DNA from: a virus
DNA length: 64,000 bases
Direction: 5' to 3' (one strand)
Virus record (IMG/VR): IMGVR_UViG_3300044634_002329
Coordinates: 55,986 to 119,985 of that record
The position numbers were made by a program, and so were the translations under genes. Shown here piece after piece: positions 40,815 through 51,175 of this stretch. A model generated the notes under the pieces. It saw only the letters and a list, made by a program, of their open reading frames with translations. It was not told the origin of the DNA and did not search any database. Numbering within the stretch: position 1 is the first letter of the stretch; the number at the start of each line of letters is the position of its first letter.

Positions 40815-40952
40815 ATGGCAAAAACAACAGCAGCAGGAAAAACTCTTGCAACAATTAAAAAGTCTAGACCAGGTATTCATTCTAAAAATAATACCTCTAA
40901 GCTTACTTCTTCAAAGAATTATAAAAAAGCTTATAAAGGTCAAGGCCGTTAA
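40815..40952 (+). CDS. Small basic protein (45 aa) ending in YKGQGR
   Basis: Not in the ORF track. MAKTTAAGKTLATIKKSRPGIHSKNNTSKLTSSKNYKKAYKGQGR*, with an A-rich leader right after the previous stop. Confidence 0.65.
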   Translation: MAKTTAAGKTLATIKKSRPGIHSKNNTSKLTSSKNYKKAYKGQGR

Positions 40953-40990
40953 GAAAAAAAAAAGGGGACCATTACAGTCCCCCTATTTCT
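40953..40990. terminator. Intrinsic terminator at the convergence of the two gene blocks
   Basis: A-run, then GGGGAC-CATTACA-GTCCCC hairpin. The U-tract is on the minus strand; possibly bidirectional. Confidence 0.7.
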
Positions 40991-41325
40991 ATATCCATCA
41001 ATTGACAGAATAATCTTTTTGTCTCAGCTTCTACAGCTTCTTTTGGCCACTTTTTTTCTGTATCATCCCAGTGTTTAGTATCAAAACCAAATATCCAATA
41101 ATTACGTGGTATTTCTGGACGACCTACAAACAGTCCAGGAATATCATTCATTTCTGAATAAGTTAATCCACCATGAACATCTATATCATCAACATCACTG
41201 TAATCTACTCCCCATAAAGGATGAGAAGGGGGAACAGCTACATAACCATTCCCCCATCCATTTGGTAATTTTTGATTTAGTTTTACTGATTTAAATTCAA
41301 AACCTTTAACTACAAACCATTTCAT
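40972..41325 (-). CDS. Conserved hypothetical phage protein
   Basis: 'WGNGYVAVP..HP...VHGGLTYS...WIFGFDT.H' is a widespread phage protein pattern. Confidence 0.65.
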   Translation of the reverse strand: MKWFVVKGFEFKSVKLNQKLPNGWGNGYVAVPPSHPLWGVDYSDVDDIDVHGGLTYSEMNDIPGLFVGRPEIPRNYWIFGFDTKHWDDTEKKWPKEAVEAETKRLFCQLMDIEIGGL

Positions 41326-41504
41326 TTCATTTTAATAAATTTATTAAGTTTAGGTAAATCTTTTTCAGTTAAACCTTGTAAGTTTATAATACATACTTTA
41401 AACATACCCTCGTCAGTTTTTTTATTTTTACTGACTAATGCATACTCCATATCTAATGATACGTATTTAATGTATACATCTTCACCTTCATATTGTACTT
41501 TCAT
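41322..41504 (-). CDS. Hypothetical protein
   Basis: 60 aa, overlaps both neighbours by 4 nt (ATGA coupling). Confidence 0.55.
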   Translation of the reverse strand: MKVQYEGEDVYIKYVSLDMEYALVSKNKKTDEGMFKVCIINLQGLTEKDLPKLNKFIKMK

Positions 41505-41878
41505 AAGAACTGTTTAATGTTTGGTTTAAAATAATTAAGACCTTTTAAAATCTTACCATCTCCTCTAAGAACAGGTTTTCCGTCATCACCTAGTTTACTC
41601 ATATTACTAGCTTGTATTTCAGCAAATACATCTTCAATAATATGTTGCATGCCATGCTTAAGAATGGTACCACAAAGAATATAAAGTTGATCACCTAAAG
41701 CATCTGCAACCTCAACCAGGTCTTTTGCATGACATGCGTCTAAGTATTCATCATTTTCTTCTTTCATAAGAGTGTGTCTTAAATCAAACTCACTATGAGA
41801 TATTAATCTTGGAGATTCTCCATTTTCTTGTCCAAAGGCTACGTGGAATTTTTCCACACTTTCTAATTGTTTTTTCAT
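41501..41878 (-). CDS. MazG-like NTP pyrophosphohydrolase (PRA-PH/DR2231 type, probable dUTPase)
   Basis: 'EE.DEYL.A....DLVEVADALGD..Y...G' and 'SNMSK...G..R.DGKILKG..YFKP'. Confidence 0.85.
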   Translation of the reverse strand: MKKQLESVEKFHVAFGQENGESPRLISHSEFDLRHTLMKEENDEYLDACHAKDLVEVADALGDQLYILCGTILKHGMQHIIEDVFAEIQASNMSKLGDDGKPVLRGDGKILKGLNYFKPNIKQFL

Positions 41879-41882
41879 GATA

Positions 41883-41890
41883 CAAATTTA
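41883..41890 (-). promoter_or_regulatory. Bacteroidota-type -7 promoter element TAAATTTG
   Basis: Matches TAnnTTTG a few nt upstream of the MazG-like ATG. Confidence 0.35.
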
Positions 41891-43078
41891 GAAAAAGTCA
41901 GGAATATTTTCATCCTCCTCTTCCTCATACTTGTCTATTAAATCAAATGTTTCTTCTAATTCAAAATCATGACCTACACAAGGAGGAACTGGTACCTTAA
42001 AAGTATTACCTACAGCATCAGTGTAAACTATTTCTTCATCTACAATTGTAGCAATCTTTAAAGGTTCTTCATCAGTTGTCCAAATTTCATTTTCTACAAT
42101 TACATGATCTTCTTCAGCTTTATTATCATCTAGAATAATTTCCTCAGACTGGTGCACAACTGGTTCTATTTCTACCTCTTCTTGCACCGGTGGAAATGCA
42201 TCATTTGGTGTAAGAGGATACTGGGCTTGCAATACAGAATCATCACCTGTTTCTTCAGCAATCTGTACAAGAAGATTTGTTTGATTTTCAGGTTCTCCAT
42301 AGTTAGATGCTAATAGATCTACTATAGGTGTATCTTCTACTACAGGAACTACAACAGGTACAGGGGTGAAGTTACCAACTGTACTAATAAAGTAATGTAG
42401 TATTCTTTGTTCTTCTAACCATGTTTTAGGATGAGATGATTGTAAAGCAAGTGTAACATAACAATAGAATGCCCAAAGACTATCTGTACTAGCATATACA
42501 TGACTTGGTTTATCCATTTGTTGTCTAACCATACTAGCTTGTTCAGTAGTAAGAATTTGATATTCTGCAAATAAAATACCTAACATTTGAGCTTGTCTTC
42601 TTTTATTTAAAGACACACCTTCCATAGTTTGTTTATCATGTACCAATTGATTATAGTACATATGAGCATTTGCAATTTGAGAATCTATAGTCTGTTGTGT
42701 CTCAACATCAGCAGTCCCTGTATGTTTTCTAGTCCATGTACTAATATCACCAGACACCATTACAGTTTCTGTCTTATTAATATAGGCACCAATCAAACAT
42801 TTAAATTTTACTTGTTTGTTGTAACTGTTTGTCCAAGCAAACATCATTGACAACTCAGGATCACTATTATAATTTAACTTATAAATTCCTTGAGCAATTT
42901 GCCCATCTGCAGTACTTCTGTATTCCTCATCTACAATAACAAAACCAGCAGCTAATAACTGTTGTTTTGAATAATCAATAACAAATTTGTGGCTAATAGT
43001 TGTATAACTAGCAGCATGATTTGGCAACGGAACACTAATTAAGTCTCCCATTGCACAATTTTGTATTTTCTTTGGCAT
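41888..43078 (-). CDS. DUF932-like protein with long acidic C-terminal tail
   Basis: 'VPLP....SY..ISH..VID' and 'NSYNK...F....GA' N-terminal domain; E/D/P-rich tail ending in 'IPDFF'. Confidence 0.5.
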   Translation of the reverse strand: MPKKIQNCAMGDLISVPLPNHAASYTTISHKFVIDYSKQQLLAAGFVIVDEEYRSTADGQIAQGIYKLNYNSDPELSMMFAWTNSYNKQVKFKCLIGAYINKTETVMVSGDISTWTRKHTGTADVETQQTIDSQIANAHMYYNQLVHDKQTMEGVSLNKRRQAQMLGILFAEYQILTTEQASMVRQQMDKPSHVYASTDSLWAFYCYVTLALQSSHPKTWLEEQRILHYFISTVGNFTPVPVVVPVVEDTPIVDLLASNYGEPENQTNLLVQIAEETGDDSVLQAQYPLTPNDAFPPVQEEVEIEPVVHQSEEIILDDNKAEEDHVIVENEIWTTDEEPLKIATIVDEEIVYTDAVGNTFKVPVPPCVGHDFELEETFDLIDKYEEEEDENIPDFF

Positions 43079-43079
43079 T

Positions 43080-45017
43080 TTAAAATAATTTTGATTGTTG
43101 GATTTTAGGTGATAAACCTTCTATTTCTTTATTTATTTTTTGTAAATAATAATCATAGTTGATATTATATTCAGAAATATCTTTTTCTTTATGATCAATG
43201 TACAAAGTTTGAAGCCATCTACCGGCTTCCACTTGAATTTTTCTACCATCACTATTATTAACTTTAAGAATTTTACTTCCATTTTTAGAAATATAATATC
43301 TTAATGTATGTTGTAGTTCTGTAGTAGTATATTCACCTTTTACTACTTTATGTTCTACAAAGTGCCAGGCACCTTTAATTTTTACACCACTACAATAATC
43401 AAAAATATTAGTACTGGATTTTAAATATGTTTTTGGATCAATACCATTAACAAAATAATTATAAATAGCTTTAGCTACAATTAAGTTACTTTTGTTTTTA
43501 TGTAAATGAGAATACTTATGTTTTTCTAAGTCTTCCCATTCAAATCTACCTTTACATTTAGCTTTACCATCTGTATAAACACTGATATAATTATTAACAT
43601 CCCAGATGTACATAGCTTTATAATCAGCATACTCTAGTGTTAACTTAGTAAGTACTTCCCATTCTTTACAAATCTCTTCATATATAGGTAAGTATTCTTT
43701 TTTAAACCTAAAAGTGGCACCATCTGTATTTGTTTGTAACAACATAGCATCTGGTATTCTAATTAATAATTTTTCAACAAGCATACTTAATAAAAGCTGA
43801 CCATTAATTGTAGTTTGTAAAGTATAAGAAGTGTCATATAACCAAGAGTATTCTGAATTACTATTACCATAACTTGCATTAGCAGCTTCTTTAAACCCTT
43901 CAATAATAGCCATGTCTCTTTGATCTTTAGGTTTAGCTTTTTCACCTAACCTTACATCTACAATATCTTCTTTATATACTTGAAAAAACTCCTTTCCTAA
44001 ATGTGCCGGATACATTCCATTAACACATGCTATACTAGGATATAGTGATGCTACATCTAAGTCTTTAATAATATACTCATCATCTGCTAAATAGATCCCA
44101 GGACTAATGCATTGATGTATACCACCGGCCCCATAGAAAAATTCATAACCTTTAAATCTTAGTTGATATTTAAAATCATTCTTGGTATCATATATAATTT
44201 TTGGCTTTAGTTTTTCAAAAAACATTTGAAAAGGTGCAGTCTCAAACTTTACATAAGGAAATAATATATCAGATATTAATACACCATTCCTATAAGTTCT
44301 ACTTTCTCTTACATCTTTTTTTTCTTTACCTGTAGCTTCACAATATAGTTTTAACAATAGTTCACTACCTAATCTTGTATTAGAATAATTATAACAATTT
44401 AAACCATATTTATTTTTAATCTTAATTCTTACATCAATTAACGGTTTAGATAAAACCATTATCTCTTTAGTTGACTCAACATCATTAATACAATAATTAA
44501 CTACTTGATCAACTTCTTCTTGAGTATATACTTTGGTTGTATGATGAATTGGCATGTCTTGCAACTTTAACCAATCCATACTAAACTGAGCCCACTTTAA
44601 AGAAGTTCTTTTATTAGCATTATCCCAGTGATTTATTTTAAATACATCAAGTTGTTGAATACTCAGTTTCCATTCTGGATACTTAGAAAATTCATTATTT
44701 CTACTTTTAGAAATTGTATCTTGTGCTATATCATAAAGATGTGTAACTAAATCTTCAGTTGTACATTTTAAAAAATACTTTTCACTTTGTATAATTTCTT
44801 GAATAATTTGTGAGTCAAAACTTAAACCATTAAATGATACATGCCATTCAGATAGCTCAATGTTTCTTTTTAGAAAAGTAATTAATTCTCTAATATCATT
44901 TCTTTTAGTAGGAGGATGTACAATAAAAGTCTTAGTTGTACTTGTTTTATAATCTTGGAATACAGCAACAAAAAGATTTTTCATTGTCTCTAAATCCATT
45001 ACCCAATGTGTTCTCAT
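43080..45017 (-). CDS. polB: Family B DNA polymerase with 3'-5' exonuclease domain
   Basis: Exonuclease motifs DLET, FNGLSFD, YCINDV; polymerase motifs DVASLYPS, K...NASYG, NTDG. Confidence 0.9.
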   Translation of the reverse strand: MRTHWVMDLETMKNLFVAVFQDYKTSTTKTFIVHPPTKRNDIRELITFLKRNIELSEWHVSFNGLSFDSQIIQEIIQSEKYFLKCTTEDLVTHLYDIAQDTISKSRNNEFSKYPEWKLSIQQLDVFKINHWDNANKRTSLKWAQFSMDWLKLQDMPIHHTTKVYTQEEVDQVVNYCINDVESTKEIMVLSKPLIDVRIKIKNKYGLNCYNYSNTRLGSELLLKLYCEATGKEKKDVRESRTYRNGVLISDILFPYVKFETAPFQMFFEKLKPKIIYDTKNDFKYQLRFKGYEFFYGAGGIHQCISPGIYLADDEYIIKDLDVASLYPSIACVNGMYPAHLGKEFFQVYKEDIVDVRLGEKAKPKDQRDMAIIEGFKEAANASYGNSNSEYSWLYDTSYTLQTTINGQLLLSMLVEKLLIRIPDAMLLQTNTDGATFRFKKEYLPIYEEICKEWEVLTKLTLEYADYKAMYIWDVNNYISVYTDGKAKCKGRFEWEDLEKHKYSHLHKNKSNLIVAKAIYNYFVNGIDPKTYLKSSTNIFDYCSGVKIKGAWHFVEHKVVKGEYTTTELQHTLRYYISKNGSKILKVNNSDGRKIQVEAGRWLQTLYIDHKEKDISEYNINYDYYLQKINKEIEGLSPKIQQSKLF

Positions 45018-45244
45018 GGCAGTTTTGTAAATAAACCTTCGTGAATAGGATCTTGTAATTTTTTAGTATTAATATATACTTTTGTTTGACTAGGCATTCT
45101 AGCTTCACATTTACTGCAATGCTCAACTCTTTCTGAATGACTTGGACTACAACAATCACATTTAATTGGAAAGCTGAAGTAGGTAATTCTTAATGGACCT
45201 TCATCACAACAATAGTAACATGGTCCCCATGGCATATCTCCCAT
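45014..45244 (-). CDS. Small Cys-rich (zinc-binding) hypothetical protein
   Basis: CYYC, CDCC..H and HC..C motifs; ATGA overlap with polB. Confidence 0.55.
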   Translation of the reverse strand: MGDMPWGPCYYCCDEGPLRITYFSFPIKCDCCSPSHSERVEHCSKCEARMPSQTKVYINTKKLQDPIHEGLFTKLP

Positions 45245-45286
45245 AATCTTGATGTTCAGTTAAGCTGTCCCCCCAATTTAGTGAAT

Positions 45287-45330
45287 AAAAAAGAGGAGTA
45301 GTTGATTAACATCTACCCCTCTTTAGTTTT
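45287..45330 (-). terminator. Intrinsic terminator
   Basis: AAGAGG(A)GTAG...CTAC(C)CCTCTT hairpin with A-run on one side and T-run on the other. Confidence 0.6.
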
Positions 45331-45338
45331 TATTTTAA

Positions 45339-45710
45339 TTATGCTTTTTCAGTCATGAATGACTTGTAATCAAAAGTACTTCCATTGACACACATAGTAG
45401 TTAAAATAATATCTACAGCTTCCATGTCTTCAATATAGTATTCTTGAAAAGTTTCAATGGACTTTCTTTCTTCTTTGAATTGTCTTCCATTTGGTCTTTT
45501 TGTTTTACATACTGTTGGATCACCATTATCATCCATTTTAGGTAACATGTGTAATGCAGTTTTTGTAATTTTACTAATAGCTACAAAAACTTTTTGTCCT
45601 GGATCCCAGATACATTCTACATAAGGGCTTTCATTAGTTACAGGTACTGTTCTAAATGTTTGTTCGTCATTCCATGTAGATTTTACAAGGATCATTGAAT
45701 CTTTACTCAT
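45339..45710 (-). CDS. Hypothetical protein
   Basis: 123 aa ORF with an A-rich leader, followed by a terminator. Confidence 0.65.
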   Translation of the reverse strand: MSKDSMILVKSTWNDEQTFRTVPVTNESPYVECIWDPGQKVFVAISKITKTALHMLPKMDDNGDPTVCKTKRPNGRQFKEERKSIETFQEYYIEDMEAVDIILTTMCVNGSTFDYKSFMTEKA

Positions 45711-45737
45711 TGTGTTGGTTTTAAAAATTAGTACAAA

Positions 45738-46304
45738 TTAATCTAATATTTCTATCTTTTCCAAATTTGTAACCTGTAATGTTAAATTTTCTTTTTCTAA
45801 ATCTGGTGCATTGCACAATTCTCCTACTGATTGTAGTAGATTAGTGTCCACATCTAGAATTTTAGAATATTTTTCAAAATACATATCCGGAAATAAATAA
45901 CTCTCAATGTAATCATAATTAACTGAATTTTTTTGAAAAAAATCTCTTATTATTCGCTTTACTTTTATATTAATTTTGCTGTAATGTCCATTTAAAAAAT
46001 GAACCCAATCATCACTTAAATCAGAAAAATCAAATATAAATACTGTTTCTTCTTCTGATACCTTTTTGTAATCAGCAAGTCTGGAATGTTTCAATAAAAA
46101 ATGTTCTTCAAAATATTTATATTCTTTTACATTCTTTGTTGAATACACACAGACTAATTTCATATCCTCGGATTTAACCTCATCTCCCCATGAGAGATAA
46201 GTTTGTGCTGGTACAACACTTGATCCTTTTTTAATGCCTAAGATCGGATATAAGAATACCTTAGACTTTTGAAAATACCCATTGTAAAGCGAATTAATGC
46301 CCAT
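45738..46304 (-). CDS. Hypothetical protein
   Basis: 188 aa ORF tightly packed downstream of the exonuclease. Confidence 0.65.
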   Translation of the reverse strand: MGINSLYNGYFQKSKVFLYPILGIKKGSSVVPAQTYLSWGDEVKSEDMKLVCVYSTKNVKEYKYFEEHFLLKHSRLADYKKVSEEETVFIFDFSDLSDDWVHFLNGHYSKINIKVKRIIRDFFQKNSVNYDYIESYLFPDMYFEKYSKILDVDTNLLQSVGELCNAPDLEKENLTLQVTNLEKIEILD

Positions 46305-46307
46305 ATA

Positions 46308-47351
46308 TTATAATTTTACATTACCTAATGCTAATTCATATGGTAAAGTATAATCCCTATCACTATAGTGATAATCTACTATAGTTAATATTTCTTGGAA
46401 CTTTTCTTTCCATTGAATTAGGGTGTCTCTTGATACTTGGAAAGGATAAATTTGGTTATACTTATCTATTACAATAAAGGTAATAACAATTTTCCAATCT
46501 GCAGCATCCGGTAAATCTTTTATATAATTGACCCAACAAAGTTGCTCATACATTACTGCTTGTATCCAGTATTTATAATACTCAACTGCATTAGGAAAAT
46601 CCTGTAAAGGTTTACCCGTTGTTTTTAAGTCATTTACAAATAGAATTTTTGTATTATAATCAAGTACTACATTATCAAGAATCCCTTTAAATCCAAATTT
46701 GTATTTAGCAGGTTCTGTTTTTAATGCTTGTTCATTTAAAATTTTTATGTTTGGATCAACAACACCAATTTGTAATAACTGATTAACTACTAAGTTATTT
46801 CTTAATGCTAATACAGATTCATTACATGCATCTAATGTTAATTGATCTACAACTGTTTTGTTTTCTTTTGCTTTTAAAAAGTTAAAATATTCTTTGTTTT
46901 GTTCTGTAAGTACTTTGTCTAATCTTTTTTTGTCTCCAGTATTTGTTACATCTTTTTTATCATCTACTAAGCTTTGATATAAATTCATAACTTCTAACTG
47001 TGTAATGATTTGATCTTTGAAATCTTCAAGTTCTAATGTATCATTTTGTAAATCAAGATAATCATGTTTAAACAATGTATCTAGTAAAAGCCTGATATTA
47101 TCATTTGGCATTTTCCCAGGCATTACAATAAACTGATCTTTAAAGTTTTGTGGCTCTAATAATAAGCAATGTAAAACTCTTCCGGATACAAGATGTGCAT
47201 CAGTACTATCCTCTCTTTGTCTCAGTATGTAATGAGAATAAAACATACTTGGTGAAAACAATAATTTATTTATGCTACTGTAGCTAAAATAAAATGTTTC
47301 ATTATAAAATTTTTGTAGTTCATCAGAACCAGTCAATGTCATTAGACCCAT
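46308..47351 (-). CDS. PD-(D/E)XK exonuclease (RecE/exonuclease VIII-like)
   Basis: 'SYSSI', 'GRVLHC.LLEP', 'FKGILD......DLKTT', 'Y..QA..Y'. Confidence 0.8.
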   Translation of the reverse strand: MGLMTLTGSDELQKFYNETFYFSYSSINKLLFSPSMFYSHYILRQREDSTDAHLVSGRVLHCLLLEPQNFKDQFIVMPGKMPNDNIRLLLDTLFKHDYLDLQNDTLELEDFKDQIITQLEVMNLYQSLVDDKKDVTNTGDKKRLDKVLTEQNKEYFNFLKAKENKTVVDQLTLDACNESVLALRNNLVVNQLLQIGVVDPNIKILNEQALKTEPAKYKFGFKGILDNVVLDYNTKILFVNDLKTTGKPLQDFPNAVEYYKYWIQAVMYEQLCWVNYIKDLPDAADWKIVITFIVIDKYNQIYPFQVSRDTLIQWKEKFQEILTIVDYHYSDRDYTLPYELALGNVKL

Positions 47352-48630
47352 TAGTTTGTGTTATTTGATTGTTATTTGATACAGGTTTTATTTCTAATGG
47401 AGCTTCTATAGCTTCTTCAACAATAACTTCTTCAGAAATTTCATGTCCCTTAGACTCTTCTAAATGTCCCTTAGCTAAATCTTTTTCTAACTCTATTAAC
47501 TCTGACTTAAGTTCATTTCTTTCCATCATAGTAAATGCAGCTGCTATATCTTCATCAGACACTTCTTCTTCAACTTCTACAGGAACATAATCAGTATTAA
47601 CAGTTTTGTACTCATAGTTAGTATTAATATTAGCTAATTCTTCTTTTTCTAAAGTAATTACTTTAATTTTAAAATACTTAGAATCACCTCTATCTAAGAT
47701 ATCTTTATGAGAATGATTAAGAAGTATATCCAAATTTTCAGGAACAAACTGACCTTTATCTTTTAAGATGTCACATAAGTCATCAAGAGTATTACGGTGA
47801 AGAATGTTTCCGTTTAACCAACCTACTAAAGATTTAAAGTTCACATGAGTTCTTGTATGAGAATTATACATCTGCCCACTAAAGTCTTTAAACAGTAATA
47901 GCATGTAAGGTAAACTTGCAGAATACTTACAGTTAGCAAGGATCTCCATAGCTAAAACATGATTATCCTCATCTGTACTTTGAAACATTGTACTTAGTTG
48001 CTCAAACATTGGAGCATCAATAACACTTGCATCTTGACCATTAAGTTTATCTATAATGGTGGATTCTTCATAAATAGTTTTACCTTCAAATGCTTCAGAT
48101 AATTTAATAAAATCTTCTGAAATTGAAAGTATTTTATCGTGAGAAAACGGTACACCATTAGTTGCAATTGCCATAGCAAAAGGATGATCAACAGCAATAA
48201 ACTCATTTGTATAAAATTCTAATGCTGTTTTTAACTTTTCAATATAAATCTCATCTACAGTAAGAGTTTGATTTTCTAATGCATCAATTAAATACTTAGT
48301 TTCAATCTTATAACTCCAATTACTATCTGTTATTTTATCTGAAGTAGATTTATTTCCAAAAAACACAGTAGCTTCATTTGGATTTCTTACAGTTTTAATA
48401 CCATATGTAAGAGCTATTTCTTTAAACTTAACTCTTGGTACATTTACACCAGGTAGAAAATATACCTTATCACCTTTTTGAGGAATATATTCACTATTAT
48501 CTAAAGCAATAATGTCTCTATATTTAAAAGATCCTATTTTACTTTGCACATGTACTACAACATTGCTATGTTTATTAATCTCACCCCAAAAACCTAAGTT
48601 AGTAGTGATGTGTAATATTTGTTCTGTCAT
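47323..48630 (-). CDS. Hypothetical protein, possible N-terminal BRCT-like domain, acidic tail
   Basis: 'KVYFLPGVNVPRVKFKE...IKTVRNPNEATVFF' resembles the BRCT pattern; lies downstream of the MoxR ATPase. Confidence 0.55.
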   Translation of the reverse strand: MTEQILHITTNLGFWGEINKHSNVVVHVQSKIGSFKYRDIIALDNSEYIPQKGDKVYFLPGVNVPRVKFKEIALTYGIKTVRNPNEATVFFGNKSTSDKITDSNWSYKIETKYLIDALENQTLTVDEIYIEKLKTALEFYTNEFIAVDHPFAMAIATNGVPFSHDKILSISEDFIKLSEAFEGKTIYEESTIIDKLNGQDASVIDAPMFEQLSTMFQSTDEDNHVLAMEILANCKYSASLPYMLLLFKDFSGQMYNSHTRTHVNFKSLVGWLNGNILHRNTLDDLCDILKDKGQFVPENLDILLNHSHKDILDRGDSKYFKIKVITLEKEELANINTNYEYKTVNTDYVPVEVEEEVSDEDIAAAFTMMERNELKSELIELEKDLAKGHLEESKGHEISEEVIVEEAIEAPLEIKPVSNNNQITQTNGSNDIDWF

Positions 48631-48646
48631 TTTTTTAATTTTAAAT

Positions 48647-48668
48647 AAGGGGAGTTTTACCTCCCCTT
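48647..48668 (-). terminator. GC hairpin (weak terminator or processing/stability site)
   Basis: AAGGGGAG-TTTTAC-CTCCCCTT perfect 8-bp stem with a weak U-tract. Confidence 0.5.
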
Positions 48669-48674
48669 GATTAA

Positions 48675-49865
48675 TTATTTTACTGCCATTTTAACAACCT
48701 CATTGTTCATCATGAGTTTTGCAAACTTGACTTTGTTACCATTTACAATTTCTTTGACCATGTAATATTTTAAGTCATCTGTAAATGCATTACAATCTGT
48801 AATAAGTTTAATTAACCTGTTTGCCATTTGATCTGATACCGGATTAGTTTCTGCATGTAACAATGAATAGTTAACTAATCTTGTAGCAATAACACTTGAG
48901 ATGTCAGCTCTGAACTCATCATCTTTCCCTACTGCAGAAGTCAAAGCATTCATAACATACTGCTCATCTTTAGTCAAGATGTCTTCAGGAGAAATGATTT
49001 TATCAAGTTGGTTATTGATAAACATAGTAAACATTGATGAGAAATCAACACCCACAGAACCTTCACCAATCATTTGAATCATTGGTAATCTTTGGTTAAA
49101 GTTCTTAAATGAACTGATAGCATTGAAAAATGTAGTAACTGCTCTAGGGTTTACACTTTGAGTTACTAATTCTGGGTGCATCAACATAAAGTTAATACAT
49201 CTACCATCAATACCTGCAGTCTCTGCCCACTTAGCCCATACACTTTTGTCATACTTTAACCCAACAGAAATAAATCTTGTCTTTTGAGCTACATCCAAAC
49301 TAGTAACGTTGTAGTCACCATTGTCTGGGTTAGTAGTCAAAATAACATGCCAATTTTTAGGAAGTTTCCAAGAAACATATTCTTGTCTATCTAAAATCTC
49401 CATAGTAGCTTGCATGAATCTATGGTCAGCTCTGGTATAATCATCCAGGATCAAGAAACCACCTTCTCCTTTACCTTGTATCCATTCTGGTGCAGCATGA
49501 GACATTCTCTTTGCTCCAACTTTGTATCCTTTCTTAACAGCTGCATCAATCTGAGCTTCATTAATCCACATGGTTTTTCCTTCTTGATTCATAATCTCAA
49601 ATTCTTTAACCGGGAAACCAACTAAATCACCTAATTCTTCTAACTGAGATAAATTAAGTTTTACAACTTGCATGTTCATCTCTTTACCCAACTGCATAAT
49701 AGCAGAAGTTTTACCAAGACCAGCATCACCTTCAATGTTTATTGCTACAGGAATTTTTCCTTGAGCTTGGATATACTGATTATTTTCAACCATATGTGAG
49801 ATAAAATCTTTCATCTCTTCAACATTCAACAATACTTGACTATTTTCAATTTTCTTTTTTGACAT
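48675..49865 (-). CDS. MoxR-type AAA+ ATPase
   Basis: Walker A GDAGLGKT, 'GDLVGFP', Walker B LILDDYTRA, 'TTNP', 'LD.AQKTRF'. Confidence 0.85.
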   Translation of the reverse strand: MSKKKIENSQVLLNVEEMKDFISHMVENNQYIQAQGKIPVAINIEGDAGLGKTSAIMQLGKEMNMQVVKLNLSQLEELGDLVGFPVKEFEIMNQEGKTMWINEAQIDAAVKKGYKVGAKRMSHAAPEWIQGKGEGGFLILDDYTRADHRFMQATMEILDRQEYVSWKLPKNWHVILTTNPDNGDYNVTSLDVAQKTRFISVGLKYDKSVWAKWAETAGIDGRCINFMLMHPELVTQSVNPRAVTTFFNAISSFKNFNQRLPMIQMIGEGSVGVDFSSMFTMFINNQLDKIISPEDILTKDEQYVMNALTSAVGKDDEFRADISSVIATRLVNYSLLHAETNPVSDQMANRLIKLITDCNAFTDDLKYYMVKEIVNGNKVKFAKLMMNNEVVKMAVK

Positions 49866-49876
49866 CTTTTTTCTTT

Positions 49877-51175
49877 TTATAATTCTAACTTAATTGTTCT
49901 TCCAGGAAGATTTTCATTCATATGTGACTGTTCAGATAACACCCATAAAGTAGGACCTTTTGGTAAAATACTAGTACTACATTCACCATCTGTAAAATAT
50001 ACAAGACTAGTATATTTTTTATTGTTTTGATTAAAGTATTCAATAACAGGATCAAACTCAGTTCCTCCTCTACCATGTACTTTTAAATCAAGTTCACCTT
50101 TGTAAGGTTCAATAGAATGAATTCTAGTATCACATTGAATGACTGTGATATCTACACCAGCTTTGTAGATATGATGCATTTCATTCATAAACTCTGCAAG
50201 TTCATTATCACTCACAGAACCTGAAGTATCAATAGCCAACAACATGTGTTGTTTCATCTTAAGTTTTAATCCAGGACTATCAGGAAACTTTCTGTTTTCT
50301 TTTCTTCTGATTTTCTTAGAAAAAACTCTTGTACTTACTCCAGTAAATCTACGGATGTAACCTCTCCAATCAAACTTAGGTGGGACTATTTCATCTACTT
50401 CAATGACACCTTCCATTTCACCAGGTACATGACCTCTTTTCTTTAAAGTTTCTTCTTTAGCATCAGACAATAGTTTTTGAACTTGTTTATTCAATAACTT
50501 TTCTTCAGCTTCAGACATGTCTTCAAAATCATCCCATGTACTATGATCAGGTCCATCACCTTTAGCTATTTGATCTAATAGTTGATCTAAATTTTTATCT
50601 CCAGATGTACCATTCTTATCTTTTTTCTCTTTAGCTTCTCTTAGTTTATCATAATAATATCTACTACCAGCTTTGAGATCAAATTTAGAATCAACATAAT
50701 CTTCAATCAAAACACCTCTAGGAGGAATAGAATCCATTAACTCTGCTATTTGTTCTTCAGTTAATGTATCTTGTTCATTTTGTATTTTTTCTTTGACAGA
50801 TTCAACTATTGCATCATGTTGTTCTTTAGTTAAATCATCTCCTGGCAACCAACCTTTTTGAATATACTGGTTGATTTCCATATCCATGGCCACATTTGCA
50901 AGTTTTCTATCACTAAATTTAAAAATAGTAGATAGATGACCAAATGCAATGTGTAATAATTCATGTTTGAGAATACCTATTTTGTGTGAATCAGATAATG
51001 AATTCCAGAACTTCTCATTTATTTCTAATTGATAGTTGATATTCAATTTACTTACACCTGCTGTAGGTACTCTTGTACTCCAGTGTTTGTTTAATTTCAT
51101 AAGGAATATACCATAAAATGGTTCCTTTAGCATTAAATCTTTACTGGTTTTACTGAGTGTGTCTTGTTTACTCAT
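49877..51175 (-). CDS. Metallopeptidase-like plus vWA domain protein (DUF2201 type)
   Basis: HELLH zincin motif, 'N.A.D.EIN', MIDAS DTSGS, 'GRGGTEF', 'YFTDG'. Confidence 0.85.
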   Translation of the reverse strand: MSKQDTLSKTSKDLMLKEPFYGIFLMKLNKHWSTRVPTAGVSKLNINYQLEINEKFWNSLSDSHKIGILKHELLHIAFGHLSTIFKFSDRKLANVAMDMEINQYIQKGWLPGDDLTKEQHDAIVESVKEKIQNEQDTLTEEQIAELMDSIPPRGVLIEDYVDSKFDLKAGSRYYYDKLREAKEKKDKNGTSGDKNLDQLLDQIAKGDGPDHSTWDDFEDMSEAEEKLLNKQVQKLLSDAKEETLKKRGHVPGEMEGVIEVDEIVPPKFDWRGYIRRFTGVSTRVFSKKIRRKENRKFPDSPGLKLKMKQHMLLAIDTSGSVSDNELAEFMNEMHHIYKAGVDITVIQCDTRIHSIEPYKGELDLKVHGRGGTEFDPVIEYFNQNNKKYTSLVYFTDGECSTSILPKGPTLWVLSEQSHMNENLPGRTIKLEL

